A stretch of 39,045 nt of DNA from Lenisia limosa (Eukaryota; Protista; Breviatea). Under the pieces are notes generated by a model. It saw nothing but the letters and a program-made list of their open reading frames with translations, ran no database searches and was not told where the DNA came from. The position numbers were made by a program, and so were the translations under genes. The DNA lies in NCBI GenBank assembly GCA_001655205.1, contig LPNZ01009064.1, forward strand, positions 1 to 39,045. The letters run 5' to 3'. Below are positions 11,907-23,916 of the stretch, piece after piece; the stretch's first letter is position 1; each line of letters begins with the position of its first letter.

Positions 11907-12581
11907 ACTGATAACTGACCAAGGTACAAGGTGACCGACTCACTGAATCAATTCAACTGGGTATAATCGTATGGTTTCTGGTGGAAGTCTGTTTCGTCTG
12001 TGGTTCGCTCAATTCTATTTAGCCGCTGATTGCCTGATTGCTTGGGATTGAAAGACTTGACAAGAATTTGATAAGGCTAACAGATTCAGATTTTTTTTTG
12101 GGGGGGGGGCAGGGTGAACAATCCGGTTGGACAGATATGATATTTTTGACTTAACTTTTCGCTTCACCATCTTTTCAATTCTCAACAGGTCTGTCTAGGT
12201 CTTTGGGTCTTGTCTTTTCAATGTCATTTGTTGCAATTACGTAATTGTAGAATAGAATATAGAGCAACCCCCCCCCCCCNNNNNNNNNNNNNNNNNNNNN
12301 NNNNNNNNNNNNNNNNNNNNNNNNNNNNNNNNNNNNNNNNNNNNNNNNNNNNNNNTTGTTGAACTGGGGAGACCAAAAATGAAGCCATTTAAGTGTTTGA
12401 CTGTACCTTGATGGCATTCGTCTTAGTCAGACTGTCAGACTTGATTATGCGATGATTTGGTAGGGTATATTACAAAAGAGAATGTGCAATTATTTTGGAA
12501 ATTATCCTTGAATTAATGAGGAACAATGAAGTTTGAAGAAAATCAACGGGATCAGGGGTTAAATATCAATTGTGGTTGTCA

Positions 12582-15500
12582 TTAGCAATTCAGCGTGTTG
12601 AAGTCCAGTATTAAGTCGTCCTTGCCATGATGGCGATGGTACAGTAGACGGAGCCATGACTGCTGTCGCCGATCTTTCACCAGTTCAGACGCACGTTCCT
12701 CCAGCGTGGTCCTTTGCTGATCAGCAAACAGTCCGAAAAAGATCGGAATCTATTTATCAAGGAACAGAAATAATCCAGACTTATTGGGGCCGAGGCGAGA
12801 AAATATACTGGGAAGAGAGTGATGGGGGGGGGGGGGGNNNNNNNNNNNNNNNNNNNNNNNNNNNNNNNNNNNNNNNNNNNNNNNNNNNNNNNNNNNNNNN
12901 NNNNNNNNNNNNNNNNNNNNNNNNNNNNNNNNNNNNNNNNNNNNNNNNNNNNNNNNNNNNNNNNNNNTCTTGCGCGTGTTGGTAGAGCTTTATCACCCAG
13001 GACTCCATTTGCTGTTTCGCAAACCTTTGATGTGAAACAAACAAAATTGTTTTGTTAATAACAACAACGTTCACAAACCTGTGGATGACTGAGACTGGGA
13101 GGTACCCTTTCAGATCGACCTAGACTGTTATGCTTGATAGAAATGAGGACCTGAGAATAGAATGAGAGGCAAAATGGCTGTAAAAAACCCGAATCGCACT
13201 ACAGCTTTGATTAGTGTAGCAATATTACCAACACAAACATACGGTTGTTCCCCATCTTATGAGGAATTATCCCCCCCCCCCNNNNNNNNNNNNNNNNNNN
13301 NNNNNNNNNNNNNNNNNNNNNNNNNNNNNNNNNNNNNNNNNNNNNNNNNNNNNNNNNNNNNNNNNNNNNNACCCGTGTTATTTCCGGTTCCTCGGCATCT
13401 CTTTTGACAATGAATCCATTAACAAGGGTTTCGCCACGTACAACATGGTTTTGAGGCGGCATAGACTACTCCGTTAGTTAAAAATCAAGCAGAAGGCAAG
13501 GAAATAATATCTTATTAACATCAATAGAAGACCCAAAAACTCACTTCCAGAGTTGTGGCTTTCGAGTTGAGTATATAAACACCTTGTGCGTGGGACCACC
13601 ATCGTCGGTCCAGGAAATCTCGGTCAGTGACGCCTGAAAAAGTTAATACATATCATATAGATTGCTGCGTTGGTACTGGGGATTATTTTGTGTTGTTGTA
13701 ACATCCAAAAAAACTCAAATACTGAACGAATATCCAAGATATATATTGTATGTATTATTATAAAGAATACGATGTGTAAAAAGAAATAATAGAGCTAAAG
13801 AAAATTGAGGTATCAAAAAGAAATGCCGTTCCAAATGAAACAAAAGTCTGAAAAAGGAAGGAAGCTACACAATCTCCCTGGTGATATAATTCTACGGCCA
13901 CAAACCAAAAGGCAGCTTGAACTTAGAGTACACGGCGTCGGAATGGTCAGAGAACTTCTCCTGCACAGTGTACTGCACACACGCCGCATTGTCCCATTGT
14001 ATTCGTTCAGTGACGTCAGAAAGGCCTGAGCGGAGGGGTGTGTGATCGGAAGGGGATGATGAGAAAGAAGGGGTGAGGTATGTAGAAATAAAGAATAAAT
14101 CCACTAGTGATATGACCATTGGACGACTTTCGAGTCGAAATGTGAACAGAGATAACACGAGGGTTCACACATACAAAAGTGATATGAATATACACCCACC
14201 AACACACCCTCCACTGTTGTGAAATAAAAAAAAGGGAATATCAATATGAGTCTCAGCTTTTATGTATTTTACGGAATATTACACGTATAATTGTCGAAGA
14301 ATCTGTGTCATTTGGCTCATGACTCCTACTTTTAAAAACAGCCGAAGGTGACACGCCCCTAAGAAGAACAACCGACTTGACCGTTTCAACGGATTCTTTG
14401 GGTAACTGGGCAAAATCAGTAACAAAGTGAAAATATTATCCACACATTACATTGAAGGCACATACCTTTTGCTTGAAAATATGTAAGTCAATGTCTTTCG
14501 AAGAATATCTTAGGAGTAGTTTCCATCCTAGGGAGGGGATGGAGTTTGTAAAAGTAGAACGTAAATCAAGAAAGTAGAAAACAAACGAGAAAGAAGAATT
14601 TGGGAATAAGACTCACCTTCGGAAGCACTAAAGCTGTGTTCATGATCAAGAATGGTCTGCAGGTTTTCAACCTGGCCTTCTTGTTTGGCATTCTATGCTA
14701 GTTATATACATGTATCATAGAGAGATTGAAAATAAAACAAGGTTGTATCTGTATCAATACGAGCCCAACAATACCGTTTCAATGTCACTTTGCCTGTCGT
14801 CTTCTTCAGCTCGAGAGTAGAACCATGATGACCAAGGGTTGACTGCTGATAGCGACAACCAGCTCGTGGTATCCTGTTGGGGGGGGGGGGAGTAAAATTG
14901 GAAATAATACCAAGAGTAGCATATGTTGTCACCTCTGAGAATATCATTTTCGAGATGGTGCAAAAAAAAAACCCCAAGTCAATATCACAACTGCAACTTA
15001 ACCAATCATTTATCGTGTTGGATTATAGGTATTTGTTGTTGGTCCAACAGTCAAGACCTCTACAACTCCCAACCTGGGGAGCTTCTTCTGAAGGAGGCTC
15101 CTTCGGTACTGTGGCTACGAGGATTAAAGGGGGTGAACGGTCATTGAAGATCTTACAGAAGTTCTCTAAAGAAGACACCACGGGTTTAACCCAAAAATAA
15201 ACAATTTCCATACTCACGCGCAAGCTGCGGAGACTGTTGTGTGTGAATCAGATTCGGCTCACAGTCTTCCGATGTACGAGTGACAGAAATAGGGGAACCC
15301 GTGAAGAGGATGGTCTAATTGGTTTAAGTCATCTCCATTGAAAGTTAGGTGTTAGGTGGTATTCACAACATGTGCATCAGTTATGCAGTATACAAAAAAT
15401 CAATCAAAACCGCATTAATATCAAAAAGGAATACATGGGGTGAGGAGGAACACCCTACCAGAAAATAATTTTCATTATCAGCTCAGAGAAAACCAAAATG

Positions 15501-15953
15501 AGTTAATTCAAATATTAAATTCTTTTGTTGTTTTTTCTCAGTTCCTATTTCCTTATTTCCAACCTGAGATGGACTTGCTGCTCCAACCGTGGCAGTTTCT
15601 TCGGTCTCAGCACGGCCGTGTTCAGTGTCATGGGGAGGGCCGTGAGCAGCTCGACGTTTGATGTCGTCGGCCGAGACAGAGGATGGTGTCTTCGTTGAGA
15701 GGTCGTCGGTGCTCTGGAAGGCACCAATGGCCGTTGCCAGCTGAGTGAAGTGTGTCCGAGGTGAAAACCTACTCCGCCACATCTGTGATCCCCACCAGCC
15801 TGAGTACATTTCTGGACGTTCTGCCAGGCTGGCGTTAGAAAAAATACTAGTACACACCACTTATTGCTTGCAAAACTCCGAAAACTCTTCACGCCAAGAG
15901 AAAATTTGTGTTAGAACCTGGGGAAACATATCGCACTGTTCATGTTTTTCCAT
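12582..15953 (-). CDS. START-domain lipid-binding/transfer protein with an unrecognised N-terminal region; multi-exon
   Basis: Exons read GWKLLLRY..KLPKESVETVKSVVLLRGVSPSAVF, LSDVTERIQWDNAAC..SDAVYSKFKLPFG, VTDRDFLDRRWW, PPQNHVVRGETLVNGFIV and VDLKGYLPVSVIH, all typical START motifs in order. Start and stop are tentative. Confidence 0.85.
14101..14170 (+). repeat. Intronic double-hairpin repeat family, copy B
   Basis: Sequence CCACTAGTGATATGA..CGACTTTCGAGTCG-AAA-TGTGAAC..GATAACACG..GTTCACA, inside a START-gene intron. Confidence 0.85.
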
Positions 15954-16262
15954 TTTTCGAAAAGCTTGAAAAAGAAAAGGAAAAAGCCGTGAAGGTGACG
16001 TGAAGAGTAATAATAGAGGAACAGGAGGCAATCAGAGAGAGTGAGAGTGAAAAGTGTGTGAGAGTGATCTAAGGTGGCCATTATTCCTTCAAGTGACCCT
16101 TCAATCGTCCTGTTTCTTCACTCCCTCTGCCCATTGATGTAGAAAGAAGCACTGAAAAGGAGGTGTGTTGGCTGATCCCCCCCCCCCTTCCTCTTTCTTT
16201 CATCAAAGTTGTGAAATACAACACATACTTGGTAGCTTTACTCTTAATCTGTTGTAGGCAAG

Positions 16263-19200
16263 ATGGGCCGTGTTTGGATGGCAATCCAGACATGGTGGCG
16301 AGAACTGGACACGATCCTCAAGGCCGGTGCTCTTGCCGCATTATTCAGATCGGTTGCTGTCGTACGACACCTTACTGGTATGACAGATTAATTCCTCGAT
16401 ACATTTCAGTATACACCTGACATCACAGGAAAAGACGCAAATGGCAACCCTATGATGATCGACCCCTTCGATTTTTGCCTGTTTGCTATTGCCTGGGTTT
16501 CTGCGTGTTGCTGTGGAATTGCGTTTGTCTTCTATCTCGTCTCTAAGGTGGGGAAAGTCATTCTTATTCTTATTCTTATTCTTTTGTGGGGAGGCACACA
16601 GAAAGTGATGTACACAATATAATTTCCTTTATTATTTGTAACAAAGTTCATCTTTTTTTATTTTCAAAGAATCTTTGCAGGAGTATCATATTTATCAGTA
16701 GTTTTTTAAAACTTATACGTTCACATTACTTGATCACTCTCTCTTTAGTTTTTCCCCAATAAACAAACTGGTGCAACTTTCACCGCGTTCATTCTCCTGG
16801 TTGTCTTTTACATTCTCGGTAAGTACAATGTGGAATTACACTGGGGTTATATTCATGTAGGATTTGTTACCCCCCCCCCCCNNNNNNNNNNNNNNNNNNN
16901 NNNNNNNNNNNNNNNNNNNNNNNNNNNNNNNNNNNNNNNNNNNNNNNNNNNNNCAACATTCGTCATCAAATTGTTCTTCGTTTCCCCCTTATTTCATACT
17001 GTTATTCTTGAATTTTTTTGTTTAACAAAACTCCTCTTTTTATTCAATCAATTCACGTTGTAGCCCAAGTGGACTTAGAAATCCAGAGAGTCATTGGTCA
17101 ACATCTTTCGTTGGGATTGGTAAGCAAAAGACCATTTGTTTTGCTAATAGAGTTCCGATTGTTCACTCGCAAGTTGATGGGGGTTTTCATTGCAACTATA
17201 AATACTCCCCCATGATTTCCATTATCCCCCCCCCCCCNNNNNNNNNNNNNNNNNNNNNNNNNNNNNNNNNNNNNNNNNNNNNNNNNNNNNNNNNNNNNNN
17301 NNNNNNNNNNNNNNNNNNNNNNNNNNNNNNNNNNNNNNNNNNNNNNNNNNNNNNNNNNNNNNTTTATCACGACCGCCGTGCTGGGCGGCTTCTTGTGGGT
17401 CTTTATCCACTTTCGTTTGGACTGATGATTCATATGATGGATGACTAATATGGACCTTGTATTATTTCTCAGCTCTGTATATCATATAATGTAACTGTAT
17501 ATTGTATGTGTTTCGTATACATGTGCTACTGTGCGATTAGTTTATGTTTCCATAAACTTGTATTTAACATATACAGTGTTCTCCTGATGCTGTTCTACCT
17601 ATTTGTCCGAAGTAAAACCTTTGTTATCCATTCGCACTACTCTGCGTTTGTGTTTCTGGCAATTGCTGTTGCCGGATTGAGCATTTCCCATATTGAAATT
17701 CCTGGTTGGGGGATCGGGATTATTAATACTGTTTCATGAGAACTTTTTTGGAAAACAGAACATGGAACTCTTGTTGTCGAAAGTAGTCGCTTGTCTGGAT
17801 GATACAATAGGTACACACAACGTTCTGAGAATGACACTCCTCCGGCCTGTTGAAGAGTCCTTCGTTTCTGAAGTGTTTGGCTTCGACGCCATTCGGGTGC
17901 CGGAGGACCTACCCTACGCCACCGCATTGTTACGGCGGCCGCTTCCACAGGGTCTGGGGGTGCAGTCTGCTGATTTTGATGAGTGAAAGTTGGAATATTT
18001 GACAAAACGGACGGTAGTGCATATTATTATGACTATATCGTCACGTCACGTATTTTTATTTATGTCTTCCAGGACATATTTACTTAGATGATGAGATGCC
18101 ACTACTCCATGGTCCAGACTGTGAGACACAGCCGGAGCTCTGTGTCAAAACAGATCTGAAAGATCAACCCGATATCATCTTCGTCCATTTAGAGAGCCTC
18201 AAAGGGTAGGTGGTTGTTTGTAACCAAATGAATGGCGTCATACAGTCTTTGCTTATTGTGATACTAATTTGACTTTTTTTCACACTCAAAACAAAGTTTA
18301 ATGTCAATACACCCCCTGCACTTCATGATGTCGTTTATCATCGTATGGTGTACTGTATGTTGGCTATTTCAACCAAAGTTAACCTTGCACTTTTAGGTCG
18401 CATCTTGGAATGGCGCCTTCAACCGTGGAACCTATTGAGGCACCGAATCTCCATAAGTTTGCACAAAACGTGGGAAGGGTGATTCCAAAACTGTATATAA
18501 CAACAGCTTTCGTTCATTGTTTAAAGAACAAACTGACAAGTCAAAGACATTCAGTTTCAAAATACCTTTGTTTTATCACCTATTGATGGATAATACTGTA
18601 GTTTACAACAAAACAATATCAACGAATAACGCTCAAATCAAACTTTTTTTGGGATTCAACCTTCCTCTGTGGCTTTTCTCCAAATTTAATGTGATATTTA
18701 TTTTCTCTCCTTACTAATATATTTCGTTTTTCCTCTCACCCACCAGGCACGGCGACATCACCGCTTCATTGCGAACGGCTTTCCTTCAAGAGAAGTATGG
18801 ATAATAAGAGTAAAGCCTGCCAGCTATGGCCATTTCATGGGCAAGGGCATTTTTGTTGTCCATATAATATATTTTGGTGACAATAATGAGCGCAGAAAGC
18901 TTGCTTTTCAGCCTTCCCGTGTGCTTCTCAAATGTTCACCCCCTCCCAGTCTCTAAGCAAATATTAGGGGTTCATGTCGGCCCTTTGCTCAATTTGGTCT
19001 CACAGTGGTTCCAAAATTCCGATCCAGGTCTGTGGTGTATATGTTGAAATTGTCAATTCAAAGGGTCTTCAATCAGATTGAAAATATATACTCCATGTAC
19101 CTAAATACCACCATTTTCACTTGTGACACATTTGTGCTTGATTTCAGCCATTTTCCCGTTACAAGGCTGTTTCTGTTCTTTGTTCACGAGCTTGGTCTCC

Positions 19201-22200
19201 TTCTGTTCATCTACCCATACAACTTTATAACATAATGGCAATGGTCTAATGTACGTGTATATAACTGTAAAAAAGCATTCACTTCTCCAGGACCATGTTG
19301 GCTTTGACCTCGACTGTATCCCACCCCGTCTTACGTCCCTTGGTTATGACACCGCCTTCCTCACTGGGTCTAATCCGTCCTTCGACAACATCATGCGCTG
19401 GGTGGGGGGTGCATCTTCGACAACATCATGCGCTGGGTGGGGGGTGCATCTTGATAGTCAGTGAATCACTGTTGTTTATTTCACCACGCACCCGATATAT
19501 ACTAGCCTTACCTTACTCCCACCCGACAGATCAATATGCCGAACTGGTTCAACTCCACGTTTTACGAAACGAAAGTGGAAGGCATGGGTCAAACCAAGCG
19601 GGTTGAGGATCGCGTGCTCTTCAAAACCGCCGTTGAGGTGGGAAAGGGGGAAGAGAATACTTGTGAGTTTTGGTACCAGGAATATGTGCATATGTCTAAA
19701 GTTCTCTTTATTTTGGAATTGGGTTTTTAGTAGAACTCTGCACTGACCTTATTTTTTTTTATGTTTTTATCATTTTGAGTAATCTCCATGTTAAGGTGCC
19801 ATTTCCAGCGAGTGCCTANNNNNNNNNNNNNNNNNNNNNNNNNNNNNNNNNNNNNNNNNNNNNNNNNNNNNNNNNNNNNNNNNNNNNNNNNNNNNNNNNN
19901 NNNNNNNNNNNNNNNNNNNNNNNNNNNNNNNNNATGTCGATCCTCACAGCAAGTCTGCATTCTCCTTTCCACATCGGCGACCCAGGTAGGTGGTGTAATA
20001 TTGTGTCTGATATTTTAAGGATATCTATGATATTCATTGTATTATAATATATTATAATATTATATCCTATAATATACTATATAATATGGATGACTTTTTC
20101 GTTGTATTGATGATAGATTATAGTGTATGATCTTTCTTATCTTTACTCTTTTTTCTTACTTTTCACAGAACTGACCACCCCTGAGCCTTCAGACATCGAC
20201 GAAAGATACCGCAGAGGACTTTCCTACTCCGATTCTCATTTCAAAACTGTGGGGAGCTTTTGTCAGAGTGTCATCACAAACCAGTAATTATTTTCAAAGC
20301 TCATAATTTCTAAGTGAACGTCCTCTATATCACCATGTCTACATTGGTATTTGAATAATCTCATCCGCTTAGCTAATGGATCATCTCGACAGACGGAAAC
20401 GGAAAGATAACACAGTTGTTGTTGTTTTCGGGGACCACTCCTTCGCCTTGCCTGACGACTTCACGGACCGCAAATATGAGGTGGAGAAGGGAAGGTCATG
20501 ACTAGAGCTTCACTTTGGTTCGAAAAAGACCGGTAAAATATCGATAATTTTCGAGGATTTACCGAAAAATTCAGTCTTTTTTCGAACCAAGTGAAGCCCT
20601 AGTCATGACTGCGTTCCACCCCCAGGCTTACGCCCTCAGGAAATGCCATGCGACCGAATCATTTGGACAACAATGGCACTTTCGGGACCTGAACACCTTG
20701 TTTGGGGGGGGGGGCGTATTTGTGGTATGAGTATATTATTTATGCGTGAAAGGCTTACGCTCTGTAATACATGTAACGACATGTTAGCATGATATAATTT
20801 TTAATATTTTACATAGTAATATACATACTATCATATGATATAGTATATAGTATATCGATATAGGTATAGTATATCATAGTACAAATATTTATTTGTTCAA
20901 AAATCATAAGGGTGAACAAAATCTGTGTCATTTTAGTGTTATTTTTCTGAAATTATACTTCTCAAAGTATGTGAACCGCATCAAAATAACAAGAGAAAAA
21001 ACCAGAATTGACGAAAAAGAATAGAATTTTGAAAGGACACCTATGATGCATGTCTTTCTTACGTGTTTAGGTGGGTCCAGCTGGGGACTATTTATCACCC
21101 ACCTCACAAGTCGATTTACTAGCTACTGTCATTGATTTGGTGGGAGGGGGAGGGGGGTGCTTGAAAAGGAAATAGATTATTGCGTATTTACGTATCTTTC
21201 TCAGCATTGAGTATTTCCGGCTAATCAGTTTAGACAAAGGATTCTCGTCCTACTTCCACATTAGGCAAGTCTGTTCTTCAACCTGATGACCCGGTGGAAG
21301 ATCATGCCATCTCCGTCACTTCTGCAGGATTCAGGTGTGGTGATAGAAAGCACCACATGATGTATTTACGCACCTTGTAAACTGAAAAATAAAATAGAAA
21401 AATAAAATTCAATCCTCCTCACTCCCTTCTTGATAACACCTCACCCGAAATAGACTGGATTCTACAGTAGGTTCTGTCTATGTCTCCAAGACAGGGACAG
21501 ATGCTTGGATGGATATGCTGGCGAGACCCCAGGTAAGCATTTGTTGTATTTAAACTACTTTTTGAAATATGTGCAAGTTTTGACCTTCAAAGACCTGCGA
21601 AGAACGTGGAATTGTGACAAGCCTTTCCAAAGCCTCTCCTGCTGTCCTCTCAGATACAACGGAAATGTTTGTGGAGCAGCATCCTAATTGCTTTTTAGTT
21701 CTACAGATATCATTTCAAGCGCATATTTTAGAATTATTAAATTAAAATGAAGAATGATAGTCTACAACCTAAATACATGATCGTCCTCCGTTCTTTCCAG
21801 ACTGACTACATTTAGAGTGAACAACTGGAGCCTCCAACTCAGTAAAACAGCCGTTCCAGGCAAACTTTATCCCCCTTTCCCTTCCACTTCCGTTGATAAC
21901 TCTCATATTGATATTCTCAAGAGCCTTGATCCTTCCATTAAGGTAAGACCCTCATTTTATATATATTATAGTAAACAGAAGCTCTGATTGTTGAACCAAA
22001 TCCCCCTTTTTTATGCATGATATGTATGTCATAAATACACAATGTGCAATGTGATATACATATATATATATATATGATATTTCACGTTTCGGGCAGATTC
22101 TTATATTTTCCGCCATATTTCCACATCACCCTGAGTAGGTTATTTTGACTTTCACAGGAAACTACCTTTGGTCCTCTTCTGACTGAAGAAACTGTAGCCA

Positions 22201-22600
22201 CTGCTGCACGTGATCTGAAAATTCGTGTCAGTACGTGGGCTTTGAAAGCTAGATGTGTGATGCTAGATGATATTTTATGTTTGATATGTCATTTCTGCAT
22301 ATCACCTAGATTAGAAATTTCCCCACTACCACTGTTGGTCTATCCCATACATAATGGAATGCGGATTAAATTGCATGTACATAATGTTCAAGAGCAAAGA
22401 GCAATGTTCAACGTCTGTTAACCAGAAGAAAAAATCAAGTGTCTTGCAACATAGTTTCTTCTTTCCCATATAACAGATTTTGCCTTTTTTAATACACCAG
22501 TTTCTGGTGACTATTTAGATTACTTCTCGTACCTCCTCGACCACAACCGAATATTTGATAGTACCAACATTGGGTACAAAAGCATGTCAGCTAAAGTGAG
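16263..22600 (+). CDS. Multi-pass membrane protein with an LTA-synthase/sulfatase-like (alkaline phosphatase superfamily) domain; multi-exon
   Basis: Hydrophobic N-terminal exons are followed by PDIIFVHLESL (~18168-18200), EAPNLHKFA, FIANGFPSRE, IPPRLTSLGYDTAFLTGSNPSFDN, EDRVLF, ILTASLHSPF (~19943-19969), RYRRGLSYSD, DNTVVVVFGDH (~20406-20438), LGKSVL and YLLDHNRIF. Further 3' exons may extend to ~23520. Confidence 0.82.
19380..19452 (+). repeat. Perfect 35-bp tandem duplication across an exon/intron junction
   Basis: CTTCGACAACATCATGCGCTGGGTGGGGGGTGCAT starts at both 19380 and 19415. Confidence 0.9.
20503..20601. mobile_element. 99-bp hAT-type MITE inside an intron of the LTA-synthase-like gene
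   Basis: TIRs are TAGAGCTTCACTTTGGTTCGAAAAAGAC (20503-20530) and GTCTTTTTTCGAACCAAGTGAAGCCCTA (20574-20601), with an inner inverted repeat CGGTAAA/TTTACCG. An exact 8-bp direct repeat GTCATGAC flanks it at 20495-20502 and 20602-20609. Confidence 0.85.
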
Positions 22601-23916
22601 AGGGGATGAGAGTACACGCTGGGTAGGCTGAATTGTTTTTCACCCCTCCTTCAAGGGTTTCCCCTCTAAATTTTCCATATTTACCCCGCCTCTTTGTGGG
22701 AACGGTACCCAGTCATATTTTTTTTCACATTTCCCTTGCTTTTTAACACCCAACGTTTGGGGGTGGTCGGACTCTTCAAAGGCTGCCTTTGGCTTTGTTT
22801 TTATGTTTGTGTCATCCGGTTTCTGTCATGTTTTAACGTTTAAACGCTTGTTACTCATGTTTTTACTGCTTTTTTTTTTGTTTGTTTGTTTCAGATTATT
22901 TGGTTCGTGTCCTTGACGCAAACATTCTTCATCGTAATTTACTTGTCTTACCCCCCCCCCCCNNNNNNNNNNNNNNNNNNNNNNNNNNNNNNNNNNNNNN
23001 NNNNNNNNNNNNNNNNNNNNNNNNNNNNNNNNNNNNNNNNNNNNNNNNNNNNNNNNNNNNNNNNNNNNNNNNNNNNNNNACCAACAAGGAAGCCTGCAAC
23101 AGATTAGATTAGTATTATGCTGATTTTGATGGATTTATTTAGATCAAAAAATTCAGGGAGATCCTTCATAAATCCCCTCTGCCAAACCAGAGGCTCCCTA
23201 GGCACAAGCGATCGTCTTACGACAAGTAGTAAGAAGACCTAACCTGAACGGCTCAGAGGAGGTAAAAATCCAAACTTGCTCACTGAATACATCGAAGAGA
23301 AGGCAAATGATATAATGGCTTTTAGTGAAAGAACTATATATTCTGTTTTTACATAGTCTATCATATATTATATTATTTGGTTTTTTTTTTGGTAATGCTA
23401 AAATGGGTATCCTTGAGGATTCCAAAAAGAAGGGTAGCATAGCAAATAAGCTGACGATCCCTGACTCTCTTAGTAAAAAGCGAAAAGAGTGTAAGTTAGA
23501 AGCGTCAACACTATGTCAATGAAAATTCATAGAATGACTTTACTCAAATATAATCATTTGTACCCATATATAAATACGGAATTTTCTGTTTCTTTTTTTA
23601 TATAGTTTATATCTTGGAATTCCCACATCCCTCTTCCAAGACCTCCTCCTTTGGTATTTCCCCATCCTCCCTCCCTTTGTCGATCATCAACGTGTTATCG
23701 ACGTGTCATTGATCCACAATACGTCACCAATCAGAGGCCACAAAGAGATGATATAATTGATATATTACTGGTACAAGTGTTTACATTTTTGGTGTTTCTT
23801 TGTTTCTCCGGTTTTTTATTTTCTGTGGCTGATAGTCTGTTACTGTATGAAGGGATTGTTCATTGGGAATGCTGACCTAACAACTGTGATTACAATTTTT
23901 AATTTTGTTTTAGAGA

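Noticed and set aside
23407-23473. U12-type intron (GTATCCTT donor, TCCCTGAC branch-like site, AG)
   Set aside because: No supported exon context, the same stretch is an open frame, and similar ATCCTT words occur on the non-coding strand of several genes, so chance is sufficient.
23670-23715. Further copy of the double-hairpin repeat (GATAACACG on the minus strand)
   Set aside because: Only the 9-nt loop word matches, and hairpin 1 and the flanks are absent.
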